A stretch of 64,000 bases of DNA from an uncultured Candidatus Saccharibacteria bacterium (GTDB taxonomy: Bacteria > Patescibacteriota > CALEFQ01 > G965231055), in contig OZ246411.1 in NCBI GenBank assembly GCA_965231055.1, forward strand, positions 601,875 through 665,874, written 5' to 3'. Shown piece by piece: positions 1 to 8,353 of this stretch (positions are counted from its first letter, which is position 1; each line of letters starts with the position of its first letter). Under the pieces are notes generated by a model that worked only from the letters and a program-made list of their open reading frames with translations, did no database searches and was not told the origin of the DNA. The translations under genes and the position numbers were made by a program.

Positions 1-541
1 ACTAGATTATGTAGAAGCATTTAAGGCAGAAACCGGAATTTATCTAGACAAAGTGAAAGATGCCAAAGAACTTCACGAATTAGTAAAAAAACTCAAACTC
101 AAAGATATCGATCCAAAATTAAACTATGGAAGATTGGTGGATGCAGTGTACAAAAGAACAGTACGTCCAAAGATAGTTGGTCCAGTGTTTTTAATCAATC
201 ATCCAGTTGAAATTTCTCCTTTGGCCAAAAAACACAGAAGTATGCCCGGAAGAGTGGAACGAATGCAAATGGTTTTGCTTGGTGCCGAAGTGGTAAATAG
301 CTGGTCCGAGCTCAATGATCCAGAAGAACAAAGGATGCGGTTTGAAGAACAAATGAAGATGCGTAAAGAGGGGGATGGTGAAGCGCAGATGATGGATGAA
401 GATTATGTAAGGGCTCTGGAATACGGCATGCCACCTACATCTGGATTTGGTTTGGGGCTTGATAGAATATTTACATTTTTATCAGGACAAGAATCAATAA
501 GAGATGTGGTATTTTTCCCAATGGTGAGAAAAGAAGAATAA
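1..541 (+). CDS. lysS: Lysyl-tRNA synthetase, class II, C-terminal part (5' end lies outside the window)
   Basis: The frame is open from base 2 with no stop. It contains class II aaRS motif 3 and LysRS-like segments (GRVERMQMVLLGAEVV...NDPEEQRMRFEEQ...EYGMPPTSGFGLGLDRIFTFL). Stop codon at 539-541. Confidence 0.88.
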   Translation, partial: LDYVEAFKAETGIYLDKVKDAKELHELVKKLKLKDIDPKLNYGRLVDAVYKRTVRPKIVGPVFLINHPVEISPLAKKHRSMPGRVERMQMVLLGAEVVNSWSELNDPEEQRMRFEEQMKMRKEGDGEAQMMDEDYVRALEYGMPPTSGFGLGLDRIFTFLSGQESIRDVVFFPMVRKEE

Positions 542-574
542 ATTATTTCAAAATAATCTAATCAATAAAAACAA

Positions 575-1669
575 ATGAAAAAATTATCAATCATAGCGTC
601 TATCGTCTCTTTGGCGGTACTATTCGTTCCGTCAGTTGTAGGTGCTGCCCATTTTGAGGGTAGCGAAGCTGTCCAGACCTCATCTGAAATTTCTGAGGAT
701 ACTTATCTTGGGGGAGGAACTGTAAAAGTCACCAAGAGCATAGACGGAGATCTATTTATTGGAGCTGGCACAGTTAATTTAGATAAAGATGTGGTGCTAA
801 AGGGCGATGTTTTCGTGGGAGGCGGTAATGTGAATATAAATTCAAATATAGAGGGAGATCTCAGGATCGCTGGAGGACAAGTATTTGTAGACTCAAATGT
901 TTCCGAAGATGTTTTTATAGCAGGTGGATCCGTACAATTCAATGGTGTTGTTGAAGGCAATGTATATGCTAGCGGGGGAGATGTGATAGTTAGTGGAGAA
1001 ATAAAAGGAGACTTGGTGTTAGGTGTAGAAAATGCTGTATTAAAAAACCTAGCTGTAAATGGAAATGTATCTGGAACTAGCTATACTGAAATCAAAAAAG
1101 AAGGTGACGTTTCTATTTTGGGTGAACAAAAAGTCACACTGGTGAACAAGGAAGAAATGAAAAATAAATTCGGTTATGCAAATGCATTCGGAGGATTTGT
1201 GCTTGCTGTATCTTCACTGATAGTCACAATGCTAGTGCTAACTGCGCTTATGCCTTTGAAATCTAGAGATGTAGTTACCAATCTTATGAAAAAACCATGG
1301 AGAAGTTTGGGATTTGGATTTGCATGGTTGATCTTGGTTCCTTTTGCCTGCCTTCTACTTCTATTCTCAATGGTTGGAACCCCACTTTCTCTAATAGTTG
1401 GCGCTATGTACCTTATTTCGCTTTATGTGAGTATGGGATTTTTCGGAATCTTTTTGGGAACACTTATTGTGAAACTTTTCAAAAAGAATATTGATCAGCG
1501 AAAACCGGGATTTCTTATTGCTTCAATAGTTGTCGGAATGATAGTTTTGGGACTTATTGGTATGATTCCTTACGCTGGTGCAATATTCTACTTTGTGGGA
1601 TTAGTATTTACTCTTGGAGCTATGTTTGAAGTATTCAAGATGACGAGTCTCAAGAAAAGATCGTACTAG
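575..1669 (+). CDS. Exported beta-helix repeat protein (bactofilin/CcmA- or DUF4097-like repeats) with a C-terminal 4-TM domain
   Basis: N-terminal signal-like segment MKKLSIIASIVSLAVLFVPSVVGA. About 7 tandem ~17-aa repeats with xGDLxIAGG / VxGGG periodicity. The C-terminal 150 aa form 4 hydrophobic helices. Confidence 0.5.
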   Translation: MKKLSIIASIVSLAVLFVPSVVGAAHFEGSEAVQTSSEISEDTYLGGGTVKVTKSIDGDLFIGAGTVNLDKDVVLKGDVFVGGGNVNINSNIEGDLRIAGGQVFVDSNVSEDVFIAGGSVQFNGVVEGNVYASGGDVIVSGEIKGDLVLGVENAVLKNLAVNGNVSGTSYTEIKKEGDVSILGEQKVTLVNKEEMKNKFGYANAFGGFVLAVSSLIVTMLVLTALMPLKSRDVVTNLMKKPWRSLGFGFAWLILVPFACLLLLFSMVGTPLSLIVGAMYLISLYVSMGFFGIFLGTLIVKLFKKNIDQRKPGFLIASIVVGMIVLGLIGMIPYAGAIFYFVGLVFTLGAMFEVFKMTSLKKRSY

Positions 1670-1690
1670 TATATTAAAACAAGATAGATT

Positions 1691-3064
1691 ATGTTTGACA
1701 TAAAATTTGTAGAAGAAAACAAGGACCAAATCATAAAAACTCTAAAGAATAGAAATATCTCTTCGGATAAGGTTGATCTTGATAAGCTTTTTGAGCTCGT
1801 AGCTCTTTATAAAAAATCTCTAGCCGAGTTTGAAGAGCTAAGGCATGTTCAAAAGGAAGCCAGCAAGAAACTTTCTTCAGCCGATAAGGATGAAAAAGCA
1901 AAAATGCTCGCAGAGCTTAAATCTGTTTCTGAGAAAGCCAAAAAGCTTGAAGCTGAATCCAAAGAATCCAAAGCCAAGATGGATAAAATTTTGGTTTGGA
2001 TACCAAATATCTTGTCAGAAGATGTGCATGCTGGAAAAGGAGAGGAAGATAATATGGAACTCAAGGTTTGGAATTCTGAAAAAGGATATTTCAAAAAAAA
2101 TGAAATTGGTGACTTCAATGCTTCTACAAAATTACAAAATAGAGTAGGCGTAGCTGAAAAGGATGATGGTTTCAAGCCAAAGCATCACATAGATATTGCC
2201 GAAAAACTTGACCTTATAGATGTAAATCAGAGCGCAAAAGTTTCAGGATCAAGATTTTCTTACATAAAAGGCGAGCTTGCTGTTTTGCAGATGGCCTTGT
2301 TTAATTTTCTATCAAAGGAGCTTATTAGGCGAGGATTTGTACAGTATATTCCTCCGCTACTTGTGAAAGAAAGAGCGCTTTTTGGTACTTCTCATTTTCC
2401 AGCAGATCAAGATCAGATTTACGAAATACAGACAAAGGGAAAAACGCAGGAAGAAGAGGCTTTGTATCTTGTGGGTTCTTCTGAGCCATCACTTTTTTCG
2501 TATTTTGCAGATAAAACAATTGATAGCGACGCATTGCCTCAAAAAATGTTTGCAATCACCACTTGTTTTAGAAGTGAGGCTGGATCATGGGGTAAAGACA
2601 CCAAAGGCATAAAAAGAGTTCACCAGTTTGATAAGCTTGAGATGGATGTGGTGTGTGAGAAAGATCAATCAATTAAAGTATGGGAAGAATTACTTGAGGT
2701 CAACGAATGGATGTTGCAAGAATTGAAATTGCCATATAGAGTACTTGCGAAATGCAGTGGAGATTCTGGATATTTTGCGACCCATAAAGGATATGATTGG
2801 GATTACTGGTTGCCGGCACAGGGTGTTTATATGGAAGGTGGAAGTCTAACCAATACCTCTGACTACCAGGCTAGAAGACTCAATATTAAAGTCAAAAACA
2901 GTAAAGGAAAAAATGAATTTGCATATACTCTAAATGATACGGGTGTTACTACGAGAGCTCTCATAGCTATCCTAGAAAATTATCAAACAAAAGACGGGTC
3001 CATAGAAGTTCCGGAAGTGCTTAGAGAATTTTGCGGATTTGATAAAATTGTAGCCAAAAAGTAA
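1691..3064 (+). CDS. serS: Seryl-tRNA synthetase
   Basis: N-terminal coiled-coil arm followed by class II core motifs (GSRFSYIKGELAVLQMAL, TTCFRSEAGSWGKDTKGIKRVHQFDKLEM, GGSLTNTSDYQARR). Confidence 0.9.
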   Translation: MFDIKFVEENKDQIIKTLKNRNISSDKVDLDKLFELVALYKKSLAEFEELRHVQKEASKKLSSADKDEKAKMLAELKSVSEKAKKLEAESKESKAKMDKILVWIPNILSEDVHAGKGEEDNMELKVWNSEKGYFKKNEIGDFNASTKLQNRVGVAEKDDGFKPKHHIDIAEKLDLIDVNQSAKVSGSRFSYIKGELAVLQMALFNFLSKELIRRGFVQYIPPLLVKERALFGTSHFPADQDQIYEIQTKGKTQEEEALYLVGSSEPSLFSYFADKTIDSDALPQKMFAITTCFRSEAGSWGKDTKGIKRVHQFDKLEMDVVCEKDQSIKVWEELLEVNEWMLQELKLPYRVLAKCSGDSGYFATHKGYDWDYWLPAQGVYMEGGSLTNTSDYQARRLNIKVKNSKGKNEFAYTLNDTGVTTRALIAILENYQTKDGSIEVPEVLREFCGFDKIVAKK

Positions 3065-3886
3065 ATGAAAAATTTCCAAGTTGGAAAAAATCCCAAAATC
3101 CTGCGTGGCTACGAAAAGATAGATCGTGAGCCACGTTTCAGTTTAAGAAAGATTCTCTTTTTGATAATACTGCTGATTGCTGTGGGAGTGATAATTTATT
3201 TTATGCTGTTCTCAGATTTTTTTGTCATACGAAGCGTTGTTTTGAAAAATGAAACAGATACTATATCTGCCGATGAAATAAATCAGACCGTGGATCCTAT
3301 TCTCAGAGAAAAAGTTTGGTATATTTTCCCGCGAAATAATTTTTTTATATTTTCATCAAACAAGACAGAGGATGAGATTAAAAACAAGATCCCTCAAATC
3401 AAAGATGTCTCTATCAAAAAACTTATTAGCGGAAATTTGGAACTCACCATAGAAGAAAGGGCTCCGATTGTGTTGCTTTGTGCTGACGGAGTTTTTTATG
3501 AGCTAGATGCGAGCGGGGCAGTAGCCAATATAAGTTTTGTTGAAAGAACCGGTATGCCAAAAATTTCATCAAAATCTTCGGAAAAGTTTACACTACATGC
3601 AAAGGCGATGGAAAGATATATGCTTGATTGCTTCATAGAGCTCAATGATAAATTTTCCCAAAAAACTTCCATAAAGACCAAGGCGTTTTACACTCCAGCT
3701 ACTGTGTCTCAGCAAATAAGGATAATTACGGAAGAGGGGTTTGAGGTTTATTTTGATGCTACTAAGGACGTGGATCAGCAGATTGAAAATCTTTTGGCTG
3801 TACTAAATCAAAAGATAGACAAAGACAAACGAAATAAAATAGAGTACATAGATCTTAGTACTTCCGGATGGGCGTATATTAAATAG
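3065..3886 (+). CDS. FtsQ/DivIB-like cell-division protein (single N-terminal TM plus POTRA-like region)
   Basis: One N-terminal TM (ILFLIILLIAVGVIIYFML) followed by an extracytoplasmic domain of alpha/beta character (VIRSVVLKNETDTISADEINQTV...LELTIEERAPIVLL), as in FtsQ. Family assignment from architecture only. Confidence 0.45.
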   Translation: MKNFQVGKNPKILRGYEKIDREPRFSLRKILFLIILLIAVGVIIYFMLFSDFFVIRSVVLKNETDTISADEINQTVDPILREKVWYIFPRNNFFIFSSNKTEDEIKNKIPQIKDVSIKKLISGNLELTIEERAPIVLLCADGVFYELDASGAVANISFVERTGMPKISSKSSEKFTLHAKAMERYMLDCFIELNDKFSQKTSIKTKAFYTPATVSQQIRIITEEGFEVYFDATKDVDQQIENLLAVLNQKIDKDKRNKIEYIDLSTSGWAYIK

Positions 3887-3952
3887 GGTTTTAGAAGTAT
3901 TAGAAGGACTAGGTATTAGAAGCTAAGAACTTAATAATATTATTTATACAAA
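3887..3952. repeat. Intergenic direct repeat of GTATTAGAAG (two copies about 21 nt apart)
   Basis: agtattagaagg ... ggtattagaagc. It shares the GGTATTAG / GGTTTTAG word with the 5821-5950 repeat. Confidence 0.4.
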
Positions 3953-4303
3953 ATGGAGAATGATAACAAGGCATTTTGGAAAGATAAATTAGTTACAGTT
4001 TTTTTTATTGTCTCGGTTTTAATTCTTATTGGTGAATGGGTCGTGCTTTTGTTCTATATTCCTCATGAAACTGAGATAGCACTTCATTACAGTGTGTATA
4101 TCGGAATAGATACTATTGGATACTGGTATGAAATTTTGATTATACCAATTATAGGGAGCACAGTTCTTGCTATAAATTTCATTTTGGCAAAAATGGTTAT
4201 TCAGATTAACCATTTTGCTTCATTTATTTTTACGCTCAGTACTATTTTTGTAGAAACATTTCTTTTTGTTAGTTTGATTATGCTTTATATTGTAAACAAA
4301 TGA
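3953..4303 (+). CDS. Small polytopic membrane protein (3-4 TM), translationally coupled (ATGA) to the downstream GT2
   Basis: Hydrophobic helices throughout. Its stop overlaps the start of the 4300 gene. Confidence 0.45.
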   Translation: MENDNKAFWKDKLVTVFFIVSVLILIGEWVVLLFYIPHETEIALHYSVYIGIDTIGYWYEILIIPIIGSTVLAINFILAKMVIQINHFASFIFTLSTIFVETFLFVSLIMLYIVNK

Positions 4304-5820
4304 AGACAATACCAACTCCGCGACCAAGAATATATAGATTTTTTGAAATCATGCCAGGGCTTGCTGCATGGTCTGCTTTGGTTTTATTAGTTTTTGCCGG
4401 TATATATTTGCCTGTTTGGGCAGCCGTTATTATTATCGTAGTTGATCTGTATTGGCTTTTTAAGATTACATATCAGTCGGCGTATCTTATTGCAGGATAC
4501 CGAAAAATGAAATCAAATCTTGGAGTTGATTGGTTGAAAAAAGCTAAAAGCATAAAAAATGCCAAGGCAATAAAAGATTTAAATTTTGATAACCTTTATC
4601 ACCTTATTATCTATACGATTTACAACGAGCACGAGGTTATTGAATCTACCCTTGAATCCTTGGCAAAATCCAATTATCCCAAGGATAAAATTATGGTAGT
4701 GGTAACTGCCGAAGAGAAGGGCTACGAGCAAACCAAGGAAGTTTTGGAAAGAATGGAACAAAAATACAAGGGTTTTTTCAAGAAATTTATGATCACGGTG
4801 CATCCATCAGGTATCCCTGGAGAATTGGTTGGCAAAGGATCAAATGAAACTTGGGGAGGTCAGAGAGCCAGGGAGTTTATAGATCAAATGAAAATTCCAT
4901 ATGAGAATATTTTGATTTCTGTTTTTGATATTGATACTCAAATTCACGAGAATTATCTCGCGAGAGTTGCGGAAGCATATTTGAGCCATCCAAATCCTTT
5001 GCGTGTAAGTTATCAACCTATTCCTATATTCATGAACAATGCATGGGATGCACCAGCTATTGCGCGAGTAGTGTCTTGTAGTACTACTTTTTGGCAGATG
5101 ATGGAGCAGGGAAGACCAGAGAGAATGGCTACTTTTTCTAGTCACTCCATGAGCTTTAAAACTATTGTGGATGTTGATTTTTGGAGTACTGATGCGGTAT
5201 CAGAAGACTCTCGAATTTATTGGCAATGTTTATTGCATTACAATGGGGACTATGAAGTGAGTCCATTGTTCTTTCCAGTTTCTATGGATATGGTTTTGGA
5301 CCATTCGTATATGAAAACGTTGGTAAATCAATACAAACAGCAACGCAGATGGGCTTGGGGTGTAGAAAATCTTCCGTATTTGTTCTATGGACTCATGAAA
5401 AATAAACTCATCCATCCATGGATAAAATTCAGATCAGCATATAAATTATGGGACGGTGCATTTTCTTGGGCGACTACAGCTATAATTATCGCAATACTCG
5501 GATGGCTTCCTTTGCTTTTCGGCGGAGATGCTTTTAATAATACTGTTTTTGCGCAAACATTGCCCGTAATCACAAGAACTCTTTCAACTCTTGCAATGAT
5601 CGGACTTTTTACTTCCACTATTATAAGTAATGTTTTGCTTCCCAAAAGACCTGCCCATGAACCATTCTGGAAAAGCATAGCCATGGTGTTTCAATGGTTT
5701 TTGCTTCCAATAACAACTATACTTTTTGGTTCTGTGGTTGCTCTTGATGCTCAGACTCGTCTTATGCTTGGAAAATATATGGGATTTTTTGTAACACCCA
5801 AAGCCCGCAAGCAGCACTAG
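4300..5820 (+). CDS. Processive family-2 glycosyltransferase (cellulose/chitin/PNAG-synthase-like) with N- and C-terminal TM segments
   Basis: GT2 motifs: DxD-like FDIDTQ, TED-like AVSEDSRIYWQ, and the Q-x-x-R-W motif (QQRRWAWG). TM helices flank the catalytic domain. Confidence 0.75.
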   Translation: MKTIPTPRPRIYRFFEIMPGLAAWSALVLLVFAGIYLPVWAAVIIIVVDLYWLFKITYQSAYLIAGYRKMKSNLGVDWLKKAKSIKNAKAIKDLNFDNLYHLIIYTIYNEHEVIESTLESLAKSNYPKDKIMVVVTAEEKGYEQTKEVLERMEQKYKGFFKKFMITVHPSGIPGELVGKGSNETWGGQRAREFIDQMKIPYENILISVFDIDTQIHENYLARVAEAYLSHPNPLRVSYQPIPIFMNNAWDAPAIARVVSCSTTFWQMMEQGRPERMATFSSHSMSFKTIVDVDFWSTDAVSEDSRIYWQCLLHYNGDYEVSPLFFPVSMDMVLDHSYMKTLVNQYKQQRRWAWGVENLPYLFYGLMKNKLIHPWIKFRSAYKLWDGAFSWATTAIIIAILGWLPLLFGGDAFNNTVFAQTLPVITRTLSTLAMIGLFTSTIISNVLLPKRPAHEPFWKSIAMVFQWFLLPITTILFGSVVALDAQTRLMLGKYMGFFVTPKARKQH

Positions 5821-5950
5821 CCTTTAGGTATTAGGTTTTAGGTTATAGTTTTTAGGTTACAGGAGCTAGATTCTGAGTTTCATTGAGCTAAGAATTAAAA
5901 GCCTAACACCCATAACCTAATCCCTAAAACCTATCCTCTAACACCTCGCT
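5821..5950. repeat. Imperfect palindrome built from TTAGG-like pentamer units (left arm TTAGG-rich, right arm CCTAA-rich) around a ~35-nt core
   Basis: Left arm 5823-5862: ttaggtattaggttttaggttatagtttttaggttacagg. Right arm 5899-5947: cctaacacccataacctaatccctaaaacctatcctctaacacc. The reverse complement of one arm aligns to the other in more than one register. Confidence 0.6.
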
Positions 5951-7066
5951 ATGGTAAATCCATTTACATTCTATTTTCTCCCATTTTTAATAGCAATAGC
6001 TATCTCTTTTTTTGCGACTCCACTTTTTGCCAAGATAGCAAAAAAATACAACATAGTAACTAAGCCCAAGCCATCGAGTGAGGGAGGGCGTAAGCAGTGG
6101 CGCAAGGTTCCTTATCTTGGAGGAGTCGTGATTATGATTTCTTTCTTTCTGCTTGTTGCTTATTATGCTTTCTTTTCTGATGATTTGATTGGAGGAATTT
6201 TGCGTTCCAAACATCTTTGGGGAATTTTTGTAGCAGGAATGATAATAATGATTGGAGGAATTTTGGATGATAAATACAATCTTTCACCTAAGGTTCAGTG
6301 GATACCTGGTTTTGTCGCCGCGCTTGTGATAGTTGCAAGTGGAATCGGGATAGAATACATAAACAATCCTTTTGATGGAGTTTGGAGTTTGAGAAATTTT
6401 AGTTTTACATTTTTCTCAATAGGGGATATTCCATATAATATTGTTTTATTTGCAGATATTTTTACTATACTTTGGTTATCTGGTATGGATTATTCTATGC
6501 AATGGATAGATGGCTTTGATGGTTTGGCTCCCGGAATTGCTATTATTGGTTTTATAACCTTATTTTTCTTAAGTGCCTCTAGGGAAGTTATGCAACCAGA
6601 AGTAGCTTTTCTTTCAATAACTCTTGCTGGAGCTATTGCTGGATTCTTACCTTATGCCTGGCCCCCTTCAAAAGTTTTTGGAGGTCAGTGTGGATCTCAG
6701 TTTTGGGGTTTCATGCTTGGCGTACTTGCCATAATAAGTGGGGGAAAGATAGCTACAGCTTTACTAGTACTGGGGATTCCGGTGCTTGATGCTTTTAGGG
6801 TGATAATGCTTAGAATTAAGCACAAAAAAAGCCCATTCAAGGGGGATGCTGAGCATATTCATCATTGGCTACAGCGAGCTGGGCTTTCGGAAAAGCAAAC
6901 TGTTATCTTCCTTTGGTCACTTACCGTGGCACTCGCGGTGACGGCTTTGGCTTTGCAAGGATTTCAAAAGTTCATAGCGCTTATTCTTTTGGTTTTGGCG
7001 GTTGCCTTTATGGTGCTGGTTTTGGCGCTAAAAATAAAGAAAAAGGAGAGAAAGGGTCGTGCTTGA
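5951..7066 (+). CDS. MraY/WecA-family polyprenyl-phosphate N-acetylhexosamine-1-phosphate transferase (GT4 superfamily, 10-11 TM)
   Basis: Polytopic membrane protein. DDxxN-like DDKYN motif, a VPYLGG segment similar to MraY PTMGG, and the signature QWIDGFDGLAPG (NxxDGxDGL). Confidence 0.7.
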   Translation: MVNPFTFYFLPFLIAIAISFFATPLFAKIAKKYNIVTKPKPSSEGGRKQWRKVPYLGGVVIMISFFLLVAYYAFFSDDLIGGILRSKHLWGIFVAGMIIMIGGILDDKYNLSPKVQWIPGFVAALVIVASGIGIEYINNPFDGVWSLRNFSFTFFSIGDIPYNIVLFADIFTILWLSGMDYSMQWIDGFDGLAPGIAIIGFITLFFLSASREVMQPEVAFLSITLAGAIAGFLPYAWPPSKVFGGQCGSQFWGFMLGVLAIISGGKIATALLVLGIPVLDAFRVIMLRIKHKKSPFKGDAEHIHHWLQRAGLSEKQTVIFLWSLTVALAVTALALQGFQKFIALILLVLAVAFMVLVLALKIKKKERKGRA

Positions 7067-7091
7067 CCTATTGCACTTATTTTGGTAGTAT
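7063..7091 (+). promoter_or_regulatory. Sigma70-like promoter upstream of rplU (TTGACC, 17 nt, TAGTAT)
   Basis: -35 TTGACC at 7063-7068, 17-nt spacer, -10 TAGTAT at 7086-7091, about 40 nt upstream of the rplU ATG. Confidence 0.45.
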
Positions 7092-7131
7092 TCGTTCGTT
7101 AATTTGTTTTATTATAACTAATTTTTATCAA

Positions 7132-7446
7132 ATGTTCGCAATTATTGAAGCAAGTGGTCATCAGTATAAAGTAAACAAAGGTGATATTTTTTGTGTAGAT
7201 TTTACAGATCAAAAAGAAGGATCTACCTTGAAATTTGATAATGTGTTGGCTTTGGGTGATGACAAGGGTACTATGAAACTTGGAAGCCCATACATAAAGG
7301 GATCCGTCGTGGAAGCTAAGGTTGTCAAAGAGAATGTTAGAGGTGATAAGCTAAAGATTATCAAGTATACAGCTAAGAAAAGACACAAGCTTACTAAAGG
7401 ATTTAGACACACTTACTCTGAAATCGAAATCGTAAATATAAAATAG
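7132..7446 (+). CDS. rplU: 50S ribosomal protein L21
   Basis: Begins MFAIIEASGHQYKV, a canonical L21 N-terminus, and is 104 aa. The ORF-track entry 6865-7446 is an upstream in-frame extension that overlaps the preceding gene. Confidence 0.9.
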   Translation: MFAIIEASGHQYKVNKGDIFCVDFTDQKEGSTLKFDNVLALGDDKGTMKLGSPYIKGSVVEAKVVKENVRGDKLKIIKYTAKKRHKLTKGFRHTYSEIEIVNIK

Positions 7447-7450
7447 TCCA

Positions 7451-7487
7451 AATAAAAATCACCCTCGTTATGGGGTGATTTTTTTAT
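7451..7487. terminator. Bidirectional intrinsic terminator between rplU (+) and the 5'-3' exonuclease (-)
   Basis: Stem ATCACCC / GGGTGAT with an 8-nt loop, flanked by an A-run upstream and TTTTTTTATT downstream. Confidence 0.7.
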
Positions 7488-8344
7488 TGTAGGTTTTTTA
7501 TCTCGTTCCAATTGTCTTTTAAAAAAGTGCCCATTTTACTTGGAAGCATTTCTTTTGAGAACGCGTAGTGTTCTGACTGAAAGGTTTTTAGTTGACTCTC
7601 TAATAATCTAATTTGTAAAAACTTTTTTTGCTTATTTAAGAAGGTTTTTTTGTTTTTAAGTTTGATTTTGATGTGGCTGGAAATGCTATTGATCGATTTG
7701 TAAATATTTTCTATGCTCCCGTGGTTTCTTATCAGTCTTGATGCGGTCGTATGACCTATTCCTTCAATTCCTTTTATGTTGTCAGAACTATCTCCTTTTA
7801 AAGCTAGATAATCTACATATTGGTGTGGATATATACCGTAACGTTTTTTTGTCTCGGCTCTATCTAAGACTTTATTGGATCCGTGGTGTTGTCGTATTAA
7901 AACAGTGTTGTTATCTACTAGCTGTGTGAAATCGTGATCCTCAGAGCATATGTATACTTTTTGATTGCAACGCGAAAATGCATTAGAGTATGTGCCGATC
8001 AAATCATCTGCCTCATTTTTAGGATCCTCTATCCATTTTATTTTGAGTAGATCTAGGCACCTCTTGATAATTGAAAGTTGATCGTAGATAGACTCGTCAA
8101 CCTTTGGTCGATTAGTTTTGTATTCTGGTTTTTGTGTTTTTTTATTTTTTGTTCCTGTTTCAGAGTCGAATAGTACTAGTGCGTGATCGGGATTCATAGT
8201 AGTGGCAACTGCTCTTGCTAATGCAAAAAAACCATAAACCGCATTTATTGGTGTATCGTCATGCATTTTTGCTTCACAGGGTACGCCATAAAATCCCTTA
8301 AACAAATAATTATGTCCATCAATGAGGATGACCTTTGATTTCAT
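7484..8344 (-). CDS. Stand-alone 5'-3' exonuclease / flap endonuclease (Pol I N-terminal-domain homologue)
   Basis: LIDGHNYLFKGFYG start, acidic metal-binding clusters, and a helix-hairpin-helix region LKGDSSDNIKGIEGIG. Confidence 0.85.
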   Translation of the reverse strand: MKSKVILIDGHNYLFKGFYGVPCEAKMHDDTPINAVYGFFALARAVATTMNPDHALVLFDSETGTKNKKTQKPEYKTNRPKVDESIYDQLSIIKRCLDLLKIKWIEDPKNEADDLIGTYSNAFSRCNQKVYICSEDHDFTQLVDNNTVLIRQHHGSNKVLDRAETKKRYGIYPHQYVDYLALKGDSSDNIKGIEGIGHTTASRLIRNHGSIENIYKSINSISSHIKIKLKNKKTFLNKQKKFLQIRLLESQLKTFQSEHYAFSKEMLPSKMGTFLKDNWNEIKNLQ

Positions 8345-8353
8345 ATTAATTTT

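Noticed and set aside
703-960. Antisense and embedded ORFs from the six-frame track lying inside longer genes (e.g. 703-960-, 1297-1494+, 1845-2175, 9638-10078+, 14263-15132+, 16597-17213-, 22615-22985-, 27745-28151-, 31411-31644+, 32258-32725-, 46075-46757-, 47208-47522-, 55434-56016)
   Set aside because: All are fully nested in, or antisense to, long ORFs with clear family motifs. They have odd composition (S/P/C-rich translations typical of wrong-frame reads) and no RBS or promoter support.
6865-7131. Long N-terminal extension of the rplU ORF (6865-7446, 193 aa)
   Set aside because: The extension overlaps the 3' end of the MraY/WecA-like gene in another frame and contains the rplU promoter. 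The canonical L21 N-terminus MFAIIEASG begins at 7132.
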